This document shows, piece by piece, positions 27,843 to 35,623 of a stretch of 64,000 nucleotides of DNA. Under the pieces are notes generated by a model. That model searched no databases. It was given only the letters and a program-made list of their open reading frames with translations, and was not told the origin of the DNA. Both the position numbers and the translations under genes were made by a program. The stretch's first letter is position 1; each line of letters starts with the position of its first letter. Source of the DNA: Candidatus Peregrinibacteria bacterium (lineage in GTDB: Bacteria; Patescibacteriota; Gracilibacteria; UBA1369); NCBI GenBank assembly GCA_963708185.1, contig OY970195.1, positions 608,001 to 672,000 on the forward strand. The letters run 5' to 3'.

Positions 27843-29156
27843 ATGAAAAAAGTTTTACTTGTCGGAAACGGAGCGAGAGAACATGTCGTCGGGGAGACAC
27901 TCAAAAAAAGCGGTGCTCAACTTTTTTGTTATGGGAAAGCCGTAAATCCTGGACTCCGTGAGCTCGCCGAAGACTACCAACAAGGTTCTTTGGACGATTT
28001 TGCGAACATCAGGGAACATGCTTTGAAGATCAAACCCGATTTCGTTTTCATCGGGCCGGACGATCCCATCGGCAACGGTCTTGCCGACGTACTGCTCGAA
28101 GTCGGCATTCATTCTGTCGCGCCGTTGAAAACCGTTGCACGTCTTGAATCTTCCAAGGGTTTCACGCGTGAACTCGTCGACAAATACGGAATTCAGGGCA
28201 ACCCGCGTTTTCAAGTTTTCTTGAACGAAAACGGCATGAAGGCATTTCTGGAGGAGCTTGGGGAACATTTCGTGGTGAAGGCCGACGGTCTCATGGGCGG
28301 GAAAGGAGTGAAAGTTTCCGGCGACCATCTGGCCAATCATGAAGAAGCTCTCGATTATGCCAAAGAATGTTTAGATGCAGCGGGAAGAGTGGTCATCGAG
28401 GAAAAACTCACGGGGCAGGAGTTCAGCCTGATGAGTTTTGTTGATGGGACTCATACGGTTGAAATGCCTGCCGTCCAGGATCACAAACGCGCGTACGAAG
28501 GAGACAAAGGTCCAAACACGGGAGGCATGGGATCGTATTCAGACGTAAACCACCTGCTTCCATTCCTCAAACCTTCAGATATCGATGAAGCGCGATCCAT
28601 CACCCACAAAGTTGCCTCCGCTCTGTTTGAAGAAACCGGCGCTCTGTTCAAAGGCATTATGTATGGAGGATTTATCGCCACGGCGAATGGCGTAAAGCTT
28701 ATCGAGTATAACGCCCGCTTCGGTGATCCGGAATCGATGAATGTTCTTCCTTTATTGAATACAAATTTTGTTCATGTTTGCGAGGCTATCCTTCAAGGAA
28801 ATTTGCATGAACTTACCGTCGATTTTGCGAAAAAAGCCACCGTCTGCAAATATATCGTTCCCGAGGGCTATCCCGACAAACCGGTGAAAGGACAAAAAAT
28901 CGAGGTCGGGACCATCCCTGAAGGTGTGAAAATGTACTATTCTTCCGTGGATCAGACCGCTGAAGGATTGATCCTCAGTTCCTCGAGAGCCGTGGCTTTC
29001 GTGGGCATCGCCGATTCGATCGTTGAAGCCGAGCAGCTTGCTGAAAAAGCCTGCGGAAGCATTCACGGGCCGGTTTTTCATCGCAAAGATATAGGGACTG
29101 CCGGGCTCATCGCCAAACGTGTGGCCATGATGGAAGCTCTCCGCCCAAGGACATAA
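27843..29156 (+). CDS. purD: Phosphoribosylamine-glycine ligase (archaeal-like C-terminus)
   Basis: GNGAREH, VVKADGLMGGKGV, QDHKRAYEGDKGPNTGGMGSYS, EYNARFGDPE. Confidence 0.97.
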   Translation: MKKVLLVGNGAREHVVGETLKKSGAQLFCYGKAVNPGLRELAEDYQQGSLDDFANIREHALKIKPDFVFIGPDDPIGNGLADVLLEVGIHSVAPLKTVARLESSKGFTRELVDKYGIQGNPRFQVFLNENGMKAFLEELGEHFVVKADGLMGGKGVKVSGDHLANHEEALDYAKECLDAAGRVVIEEKLTGQEFSLMSFVDGTHTVEMPAVQDHKRAYEGDKGPNTGGMGSYSDVNHLLPFLKPSDIDEARSITHKVASALFEETGALFKGIMYGGFIATANGVKLIEYNARFGDPESMNVLPLLNTNFVHVCEAILQGNLHELTVDFAKKATVCKYIVPEGYPDKPVKGQKIEVGTIPEGVKMYYSSVDQTAEGLILSSSRAVAFVGIADSIVEAEQLAEKACGSIHGPVFHRKDIGTAGLIAKRVAMMEALRPRT

Positions 29157-29159
29157 CGG

Positions 29160-29711
29160 TTATCCCTTTCTTTTGATGTTCACTTTCCTGGTGCGTTTCT
29201 TGGATGATGTCCGTCCGCTTTTCTTTTTTGGTTGAGAAGTGCTTTTTGATTTTGAAATCGGTTTTTTGGTGAAACCGACGTCTCCCATGAATTTCTGTCT
29301 GAAGTTCTGAAGTTTCCCGTGGACCTTTTGCCCCGCCTTGTGGATTTTATGGGTGATTTCGTCAACTTTTTCTTCGTCGAGATCAAGATATTTCTCACTC
29401 AGGTCCCTGACCTTCTGTTCCGCTTTGCTGACGTGGCCTTCCGCTTTCAGCATCATTTTATCGACCTGTTTTTTCCCTTTGACGACCTGTTCCTGGACTT
29501 CGGGCATGTTATAAACCTCTTCCGCGGTGTCGGCGATGTCATGTCCCATTTCCGTAAAGTTCTTTTTCAACGTTTCCGTTCCCATGCCCCCTTTTGAAAC
29601 CTCGTCCTTGAGCTGTTTTCGCAGTTCTTTTCCTTTACGTGGCGCAAACAAAATACCCAACAGGGTCCCCACGATTACACCAAAGAAAAGTCCTCCGCGT
29701 TTATTGCCCAT
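29160..29711 (-). CDS. YtxH domain-containing protein
   Basis: GLFFGVIVGTLLGILFAPRKGKELR, then coiled coil and Lys-rich tail. Confidence 0.85.
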   Translation of the reverse strand: MGNKRGGLFFGVIVGTLLGILFAPRKGKELRKQLKDEVSKGGMGTETLKKNFTEMGHDIADTAEEVYNMPEVQEQVVKGKKQVDKMMLKAEGHVSKAEQKVRDLSEKYLDLDEEKVDEITHKIHKAGQKVHGKLQNFRQKFMGDVGFTKKPISKSKSTSQPKKKSGRTSSKKRTRKVNIKRKG

Positions 29712-29792
29712 ATTGGTTTTTGTTAAATAATGTATAGGCATATTATCATATTTTGAAAATGTGAACAAATTTCTCATTGTGAAAAACATACA

Positions 29793-29819
29793 GAAAAACC
29801 CCGCAAAGCGGGGTTTTTC
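29793..29819 (-). terminator. Rho-independent terminator of the SLH gene
   Basis: GAAAAACCCCGC-AAA-GCGGGGTTTTTC. Confidence 0.88.
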
Positions 29820-29852
29820 CATGATGAAGAAGAAATTCTGGAGTTGTATTTA

Positions 29853-32800
29853 TTAGTAGAGATTCACTCCGACGCTGTTGCTTCCCGTTCCATAGTAGTT
29901 CGTTGCGGAAACTTTGACGGTATATGAACCTGTCGGAAGAACGTTGTTGCTGTCGTCGCGGCCGTTCCAAGTGACCGAGTTCGATGTGTTGGTATAAGCG
30001 GTACCGTTGGAAATGGTGCGGCGGACATTGCCGTAGCTATCGAGGACCTGGACGACGATGCTTCCGGTGATGTTGAGAGAGTAAGTAACGGTCGTTGACT
30101 GACCGTTGCTTGCGCTGAAGCTTACCGGGTTAGCGGTGATGCTGCTGACAATCGGAGAGCCGTTGTTGCTGGTTCCGTTATTATTGTTGTTGACGTAGAC
30201 GGTTGTAGTAGCTGATCCGCTGCCGTAGTTGTTGGTTCCGGTCACTCTTACCGTGTAGGTGCCGGTCGGTACGACTGAGCCGTTGTTATCGCGGCCGTTC
30301 CAGGACGTGCTGTTGTTGTAACTGTTGGTTACTCCCAGGCCTGTGATGCTGCGGCGGATGGAACCGTTGCTGTCCGTAATCTGGACCTGGACCGAATTTG
30401 CCTGGTTCACGGTGTAGTAGATGGTCGTGAAATCACCGGCGTACGGGTTGAAGTTCGAAGGACTTGCGGAAACGGAAGTCACTACCGGGTAAGAGTTATA
30501 GTTCGTATTGTTATTATTGTTATAGTTGGTTGATCCGCAATTATAGTAACTGGAGTTGAGAACACAGTTCTGGTTGGTATTGTTGTAACCGTAGACGTTG
30601 TTGCCGTTGATGTACGGGTTATTAGTCTGGTTGTACAAACCCTTGGTTTCGAACTGGTAGAATAGATCCGCAACATCTCCACGAGTCATGGCTGCGGCAG
30701 GACTGAAGCGGCCTGAGCCGTCGTCATGCATGCGCCCGTTGCTCTTCGCATAGCAGGCGTAATCGATGTACCATCGTGTATCAGCGTTGACCGGAGTATC
30801 GTTGTACGGTGCGTAGTTGCAGTAAGGGATGTTTACTCCAGAAGATTCAAGGAACACCTTGAGCAATTCAACGCGGTTGATGGTCTGGTTCGGTCTGAAG
30901 GAACCATCCGGATAACCACGGATGATGCCGAGTCTCTTCGCCGTGCGGAGGTACGGAGCGTACCATGCATTGCCATCAGTATCGAAGAAGAGCGTGCTGC
31001 CGTCGTTGGTGACAGGAATGCCGAGTGCGAGAAGAATGACTTTCACGGTTTCTGCACGGTTGATCGGATCGTACGGGCGGAATGTTCCGTCACTGTACCC
31101 GGAGAAGACTCCGTTGTCCGTCATGAGCTGAATAGCTTTGCAGTACGGACTGTTCGACGTGACGTCGATGTAGTTTCCGCAGGTGCTGCCGTTCGGGAAT
31201 CCAATGATGTTGCCGTCAGTGTTGACTTCGACCCAGGCGGTTTTTGTATCGGTCTGGCCGTTGGCGTTGGCGGTCACACGGAACTGGTAGACGTTATCCG
31301 GGACAATGTTGCCGTACACATCGCGGCCGTTCCACTGATCTCCGTAGTTATAAGAACCGTACGAAGTGTTGTATGCGTAGTTGTTGGAGTAACGAGTGAT
31401 ATTGTCCACAAGCGTGCGGATGACAACGCCGTTGCGATCCAGAACCTGGGTCGTGACCGTAGCCGTCTGGTTCAGGTTATAGTAAACGGTTGAAGTCTGG
31501 CCGCTGCGTGGATTGAAGATTTCCGGCTGAACGTACATGTTCAGGATAAGATTGCCGTTGTTGTTACCTCCGTTGTTTCCGTTGTTATCAACAGTGACGT
31601 AGGTGTATTCGGTGTCGGTACCGGAACCGTTGTTTGCGGTTACACGTGCCGTGTAGGTTCCATTGCCGACGGTGTTTCCGTACATGTCGCGGCCGTCCCA
31701 GCTGTAGGAACCGCTTCCGCTGTTGCGGCAAACATTGTCGGAAAGCGTTCTCATCAAGGAGCTGTTTCCGTTGAGGATTTCAACCGTTACGTTGGCCGAG
31801 CGGTCGAGGTTGTAGTAAATCGTCGTCGACTGGTTGTATGGATTGAAGTTCGACGGTGAAGCGTTAACGTTGGTAAGGTTCGGCGTACCGTAGTTGCTGC
31901 TGCAGTTGCCGTTTCCGTTATTGCTGGAAATGTAAACCGAAGTGCTGTTGGTACCCGTTCCGTAAGCGTTCGATGCACTCACCTTCGCGGTGTATGTCCC
32001 GACTGGAAGGATGTTGTTGCTGTCGTCGCGGCCGTTGAAGTAGACGTTGTTGGTCGAAGCAGCCGTTCCGGTATTGGAGATGGTGCGGCGAACGTTGTTG
32101 TTACTGTCCAGAATCTGAACCATGGCCGACGTAGCGACTTTGTCCAGAGTATAATAAATGGTCGTGCTTTCATTGTTCGACGGATTGAAGCTTGAAGGGC
32201 TGGCGTACACGTTCGACACCACCGGAGCGTTATTGTTTGATCCATTATTGGTGATGGTGACGGAAGTGGTGTTTGTACCTGTTCCGTAGGCGTTGGATGC
32301 ACTAACTTTCACGGTGTATGTTCCGACAGGAAGAATGTTGCTGCTGTCGTCGCGGCCGTTGAAAGATGTCGTATTGGTGGTTGTTGAAGATGTTCCGGTA
32401 CCGCTGATGGTTCTGCGGACATTGTTGTTGCTGTCCAGGATCTGAACCATAGCGGATGTTGCCGCTTTATCGAGGTTGTAACTGATCGTCGTGGTTTCGT
32501 TGTTGGACGGATTGAAACTTGAAGGATTGACGGTCAAAGACGTGACAACCGGAGCGGTGTTATTGGAAGATCCATAATCAACGGCAAACGGTGAAGACTG
32601 TTTGCTGTCGACGACGGTTGAAGATCCGTTGGTGAGTTCGATCTTCGCGGTGTAGTTTCCAGCAGGGACCAAGGCGTTGCTGTCGCTGCGGCCGTCCCAG
32701 TTGGTGAAGTAATCATAACCGTTGGTAACGCTGGAAGAACCGAAGGTTCGAACAACGTTGTTCGAACTGTCGAGAATTTTTACGACTGCCGTTGAGCTGC

Positions 32801-33731
32801 TATCAACAGCATAATGGATCCGGTCTGTCGTCGTGTTCGGATTGAACGATGCGTTCTCGGCATAAACATAAAGAACTTTTGGATTGTTGGTCGTGGTACC
32901 GTAATCGACGGTCACCGGGACGGTTGTTACATAGGCAACCGGGGTTGCGTCGTTCTTTCCCGTAAAACGGATATAATAGGTTTTTGCTGCAACATTGGTT
33001 GAACCGACTTTTCCGTTCCAGCTGATCTGGTAGGTTCCGGCATTCTGGGTGAACGGAGAAGCACCGAGCTGGGTCAGCACGGTGTTGCCGTCGACAACTT
33101 CAATGTTGAGGTTTGCCTGGGTGTTGAGCGTATAGCTCACATAGGTTTGCTGGCCGAGGCTTGGATTGAAAGGGTTTGGGGAAGCGTTCCCGGTAGTAAT
33201 AACAACAGGCTGTGCTGCGGAATTGGAAGTGACAACGATGTTATCCTGGGCAGTGTAGGTTGCCTGGGTGCTGTCCAATTTTGCAGTAATAAGAAACTGG
33301 TATGTTCCGTCATTGACGAGCGTCCCAGTGCCATCAAGACCGTTCCACTGAGTATCATAAGCGCCGCCGTTCATGTGGATGCCGGCAGTGTGATACAGAC
33401 GATTCACTGTTGAACCGTTCTGCATGATATCGAGCCAAACCGTGGCGGGAGCGGCCAGTTCAAAATGAATGGTCGTCTGTTCGCCGTTGCTCGGTTTGAA
33501 AGTGGACGGAGTGGCCTTGGCATTGTTAATAACCCCGGTCGTGGGGCTATAAATGGCAGCCAACAGAGATGGATCTACCGTTGAGGTCGGAGTCACCGTT
33601 GAAACTCCACCGTTTGTACCGTTCACGACGGTAAAAGCGGATACGGTTTGGACCGAAGAAGAAACCACCGTAAGTACCAATGTCATGACGGTTGCCGTTT
33701 TCTTCAGCCATTGAGAAGCATATTGCAGCAT
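29853..33731 (-). CDS. S-layer homology protein with nine FlgD-Ig-like repeats
   Basis: Signal peptide; nine (W/F)xGR-D...G(T/N)Y-type modules; three SLH motifs (GYSDGTFRPYDPINRAE, GYPDGSFRPNQTINRVE, FSPAAAMTRGD) between repeats 7 and 8. Confidence 0.9.
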   Translation of the reverse strand: MLQYASQWLKKTATVMTLVLTVVSSSVQTVSAFTVVNGTNGGVSTVTPTSTVDPSLLAAIYSPTTGVINNAKATPSTFKPSNGEQTTIHFELAAPATVWLDIMQNGSTVNRLYHTAGIHMNGGAYDTQWNGLDGTGTLVNDGTYQFLITAKLDSTQATYTAQDNIVVTSNSAAQPVVITTGNASPNPFNPSLGQQTYVSYTLNTQANLNIEVVDGNTVLTQLGASPFTQNAGTYQISWNGKVGSTNVAAKTYYIRFTGKNDATPVAYVTTVPVTVDYGTTTNNPKVLYVYAENASFNPNTTTDRIHYAVDSSSTAVVKILDSSNNVVRTFGSSSVTNGYDYFTNWDGRSDSNALVPAGNYTAKIELTNGSSTVVDSKQSSPFAVDYGSSNNTAPVVTSLTVNPSSFNPSNNETTTISYNLDKAATSAMVQILDSNNNVRRTISGTGTSSTTTNTTSFNGRDDSSNILPVGTYTVKVSASNAYGTGTNTTSVTITNNGSNNNAPVVSNVYASPSSFNPSNNESTTIYYTLDKVATSAMVQILDSNNNVRRTISNTGTAASTNNVYFNGRDDSNNILPVGTYTAKVSASNAYGTGTNSTSVYISSNNGNGNCSSNYGTPNLTNVNASPSNFNPYNQSTTIYYNLDRSANVTVEILNGNSSLMRTLSDNVCRNSGSGSYSWDGRDMYGNTVGNGTYTARVTANNGSGTDTEYTYVTVDNNGNNGGNNNGNLILNMYVQPEIFNPRSGQTSTVYYNLNQTATVTTQVLDRNGVVIRTLVDNITRYSNNYAYNTSYGSYNYGDQWNGRDVYGNIVPDNVYQFRVTANANGQTDTKTAWVEVNTDGNIIGFPNGSTCGNYIDVTSNSPYCKAIQLMTDNGVFSGYSDGTFRPYDPINRAETVKVILLALGIPVTNDGSTLFFDTDGNAWYAPYLRTAKRLGIIRGYPDGSFRPNQTINRVELLKVFLESSGVNIPYCNYAPYNDTPVNADTRWYIDYACYAKSNGRMHDDGSGRFSPAAAMTRGDVADLFYQFETKGLYNQTNNPYINGNNVYGYNNTNQNCVLNSSYYNCGSTNYNNNNNTNYNSYPVVTSVSASPSNFNPYAGDFTTIYYTVNQANSVQVQITDSNGSIRRSITGLGVTNSYNNSTSWNGRDNNGSVVPTGTYTVRVTGTNNYGSGSATTTVYVNNNNNGTSNNGSPIVSSITANPVSFSASNGQSTTVTYSLNITGSIVVQVLDSYGNVRRTISNGTAYTNTSNSVTWNGRDDSNNVLPTGSYTVKVSATNYYGTGSNSVGVNLY
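31935..32560 (-). repeat. Near-identical tandem duplication (about 320-330 bp unit) of Ig modules 4 and 5
   Basis: Both read APVV...PSSFNPSNNE.TTI.Y.LDK.ATSAMVQILDSNNNVRRTIS...FNGRDDS.NILPVGTYT.KVSASNAYGTGTN.TSV; boundaries approximate. Confidence 0.85.
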
Positions 33732-33881
33732 GTTGTTGTAAAAAATGGGATAAAATTATTTACATTTTGTAGAAGGTAACCAGTACGGCTCTGCTGCCGT
33801 CAACTTCCTTAATCATTTTGGCGCTTTTTCATTACAAAAATCTTCACTCTTTTCTTTTTCAAATTGTTGAGAAAGGCTGTT

Positions 33882-33910
33882 ATGGTAATGTTTATTGTTT
33901 ATTTTGTCAA
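33882..33910 (-). promoter_or_regulatory. Sigma70 promoter of the SLH gene
   Basis: TTGACA-17 nt-TACCAT on the minus strand, giving a leader of about 145 nt. Confidence 0.6.
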
Positions 33911-34050
33911 GTTTGTTTTTTAATTTCCAAGAACTATATACACCACCTGTCGGGAAAGAAAAGTATTTCAAAGGAGTTTAATGTTGACAAAGGCGCTGAG
34001 CTTCCATATATTTGTTGAGCTTTTGATCACAATATTACAGAAAAATATTT

Positions 34051-34311
34051 ATGCCAATTATTAAGTCAGCCAAAAAGAAAGCCCGCCAGACATTGCGCCA
34101 TTTTGAACGCAATCAGGCCACAAGAACCAAGGTAAAAACCTACATGAAAAAAGTTCTTACCCTGAGCAAATCCAAACCAGAGGATGCAAAGAAACTTTTG
34201 GACGAGGCGTATTCCGTGATCGATACCGCCTGCAAGAAACATATTCTCCACCCGAACAATGCCGCCCGCAAGAAGTCCAGGCTGGCTCGTGCCGTTTCTC
34301 CGACGAAATAA
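34051..34311 (+). CDS. rpsT: 30S ribosomal protein S20
   Basis: MPIIKSAKKKARQ...HPNNAARKKSRL. Confidence 0.97.
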   Translation: MPIIKSAKKKARQTLRHFERNQATRTKVKTYMKKVLTLSKSKPEDAKKLLDEAYSVIDTACKKHILHPNNAARKKSRLARAVSPTK

Positions 34312-34335
34312 AACTGATGGTTGTCTTGAAATCCC

Positions 34336-34360
34336 ACTGCCGCTCTGCGCGGCAGTTTTT
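34336..34360 (+). terminator. Rho-independent terminator after rpsT
   Basis: ACTGCCGC-TCTGC-GCGGCAGT followed by T-run. Confidence 0.8.
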
Positions 34361-34478
34361 GTTTGTAAAAAAAACCTGCGCGAGTCTTTCTGATTGTGGG
34401 ATCGGACCCGCTGTATTAGAATCGTGAAGGTGTTTTGAAAAGGCCTGTAGCCTAAACTGCAGCCTTGCATCCACTCCC

Positions 34479-34554
34479 GGGCCTGTAGCTCAGTGGTTAG
34501 AGCAGTCGGCTCATAACCGATTGGTCGATGGTTCAAGTCCATCCAGGCCCACCA
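34479..34554 (+). tRNA. tRNA with CAT anticodon, likely tRNA-Ile2 (lysidine)
   Basis: GGGCCTG/CAGGCCC acceptor stem, TAGCTCAGTGGTTAGAGC D-arm, CTCATAA loop, GGTTCAAGTCC, encoded CCA; no fMet signatures. Confidence 0.9.
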
Positions 34555-34562
34555 GTTCATTT

Positions 34563-35024
34563 TTAATCTTCTTCGTCGATTGCCAGAAGAGCTTTCAACG
34601 GGGGCAGACCCCAGTTTTTGCGGTGTTTGTTCACTGCTTCCAGGTTGTGGACCTCGGGCATTTTGCCCAACGGTTGTGGCGGAAATCTTGATTCGACAAG
34701 CTGGCGTACTTTTTCGACATCAGTCAGGTCGATGTCATGAGGAGCGTACTCTTTTCTGCCAAAGAGAAAGGTCAGTACGTTTTTCTGCAATTCCGGGTCA
34801 TGGTCCGCAGCCAAGGCGATTTGTACGGCAGCATCGTAGCCCTTTTTTCCAACCTTGCTTATGGTGGGCCAGCCGATCTGTTTAATGATTTCGCGAAGTC
34901 GTCCGGCATCTCCCCCCTTGATTCCGTCATTTTTCATGCGCGTGAGCTCTTCCCCCAGTTCAGGATGGGAACAGTTCATGGGCTGATTTTCAATTTCCGG
35001 TTGCACGTTTTCATTCATAGCCAT
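34563..35024 (-). CDS. Degenerate DUF6624-like protein
   Basis: RLREIIKQIGWPTISKVG...AAVQIALAADHDPELQ...VNKHRKNWGLPPL. Confidence 0.55.
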   Translation of the reverse strand: MAMNENVQPEIENQPMNCSHPELGEELTRMKNDGIKGGDAGRLREIIKQIGWPTISKVGKKGYDAAVQIALAADHDPELQKNVLTFLFGRKEYAPHDIDLTDVEKVRQLVESRFPPQPLGKMPEVHNLEAVNKHRKNWGLPPLKALLAIDEED

Positions 35025-35140
35025 ATGAAAATTTTTGAAAGGAGCCGATTGTATAAATAAGGCCCAATGTTGTCAAGCGGGCTCATTCTTCAACTTCATA
35101 TAATTTATTGGGCGATGCTCCATAAAATTTGTCATGAAAA

Positions 35141-35168
35141 TTGACAAATTTTTAAAAATTCTTATGAT
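35141..35168 (+). promoter_or_regulatory. Sigma70 promoter
   Basis: TTGACA-16 nt-TATGAT. Confidence 0.6.
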
Positions 35169-35172
35169 TCGA

Positions 35173-35311
35173 TGCGACTGGATGTTTTGACTGGTAGTTA
35201 CCTATTCCGCACTGCCTGCGAGTAAAAGGGTGAAACGGACTGGTGCCGTTTCTTTCTTTTCCGTTTGCCGTTGCGAGGTAGGTAGGCTGTCAGTTTGAAG
35301 CCTATGTTGCA
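35173..35311 (+). ncRNA. Candidate rod-shaped structured RNA (6S-like or leader)
   Basis: Nested pairings TGCGAC/GTTGCA, GACTGGTAGTTACCTATTCCGCA/TGCGAGGTAGGTAGGCTGTCAGTT, AAAAGGGTGAAACGG/CCGTTTCTTTCTTTT; starts at the predicted TSS. Confidence 0.45.
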
Positions 35312-35341
35312 GTTCAACCAACGTGATTCCGGAGGTAGAGC

Positions 35342-35533
35342 ATGTCGCGAAGGATGGTAGAAGAGCTCGAAGAGGTATTGCCCGAGGGTAGGAATTCGGT
35401 ACCGAAGGATCGTCGGGGGAAATCCACGACGGCCCATCATCGTGCCAGCCGCGGGGGACGCGATCGTGCGAAGGTGAAGGTTCACCGTCTCAAGGCCATG
35501 AAGGCCTGCTGCTACATCGCCCGGAGCCGCTAG
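35342..35533 (+). CDS. Small basic hypothetical protein (63 aa)
   Basis: Perfect SD GGAGGT 5 nt before ATG; lies between promoter and strong hairpin. Confidence 0.45.
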   Translation: MSRRMVEELEEVLPEGRNSVPKDRRGKSTTAHHRASRGGRDRAKVKVHRLKAMKACCYIARSR

Positions 35534-35561
35534 ACTCCGTCGCGGCTTCAAGCCAGCTTAC

Positions 35562-35595
35562 ATATGCGGCCCGGGAAACTTTCCGGGCCGCATAT
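35562..35595. terminator. Strong hairpin/terminator between convergent units
   Basis: ATATGCGGCCCGG-GAAACTTT-CCGGGCCGCATAT (13-bp perfect stem). Confidence 0.7.
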
Positions 35596-35623
35596 CCATT
35601 TCATTCACATAAAATCTGTAAAA

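Noticed and set aside
29940-32700. Recurring cgcggccgt(t) motif as a CRISPR or non-coding repeat array
   Set aside because: It encodes the NGRD/DGRD motif of the Ig modules; spacing is hundreds of bp and there are no cas genes
33775-33810. c-di-GMP-I riboswitch (GACGGCAGC...GGTTACC resemblance on the minus strand)
   Set aside because: The GGCAAA...GAAA...GACGCAAA core is missing
35400-35560. RNase P RNA (GGGGGAAATCC ... GCCAGCTTA resemble P4 strands)
   Set aside because: The two segments do not pair as P4 and are too close together; tmRNA and SRP signatures are also absent
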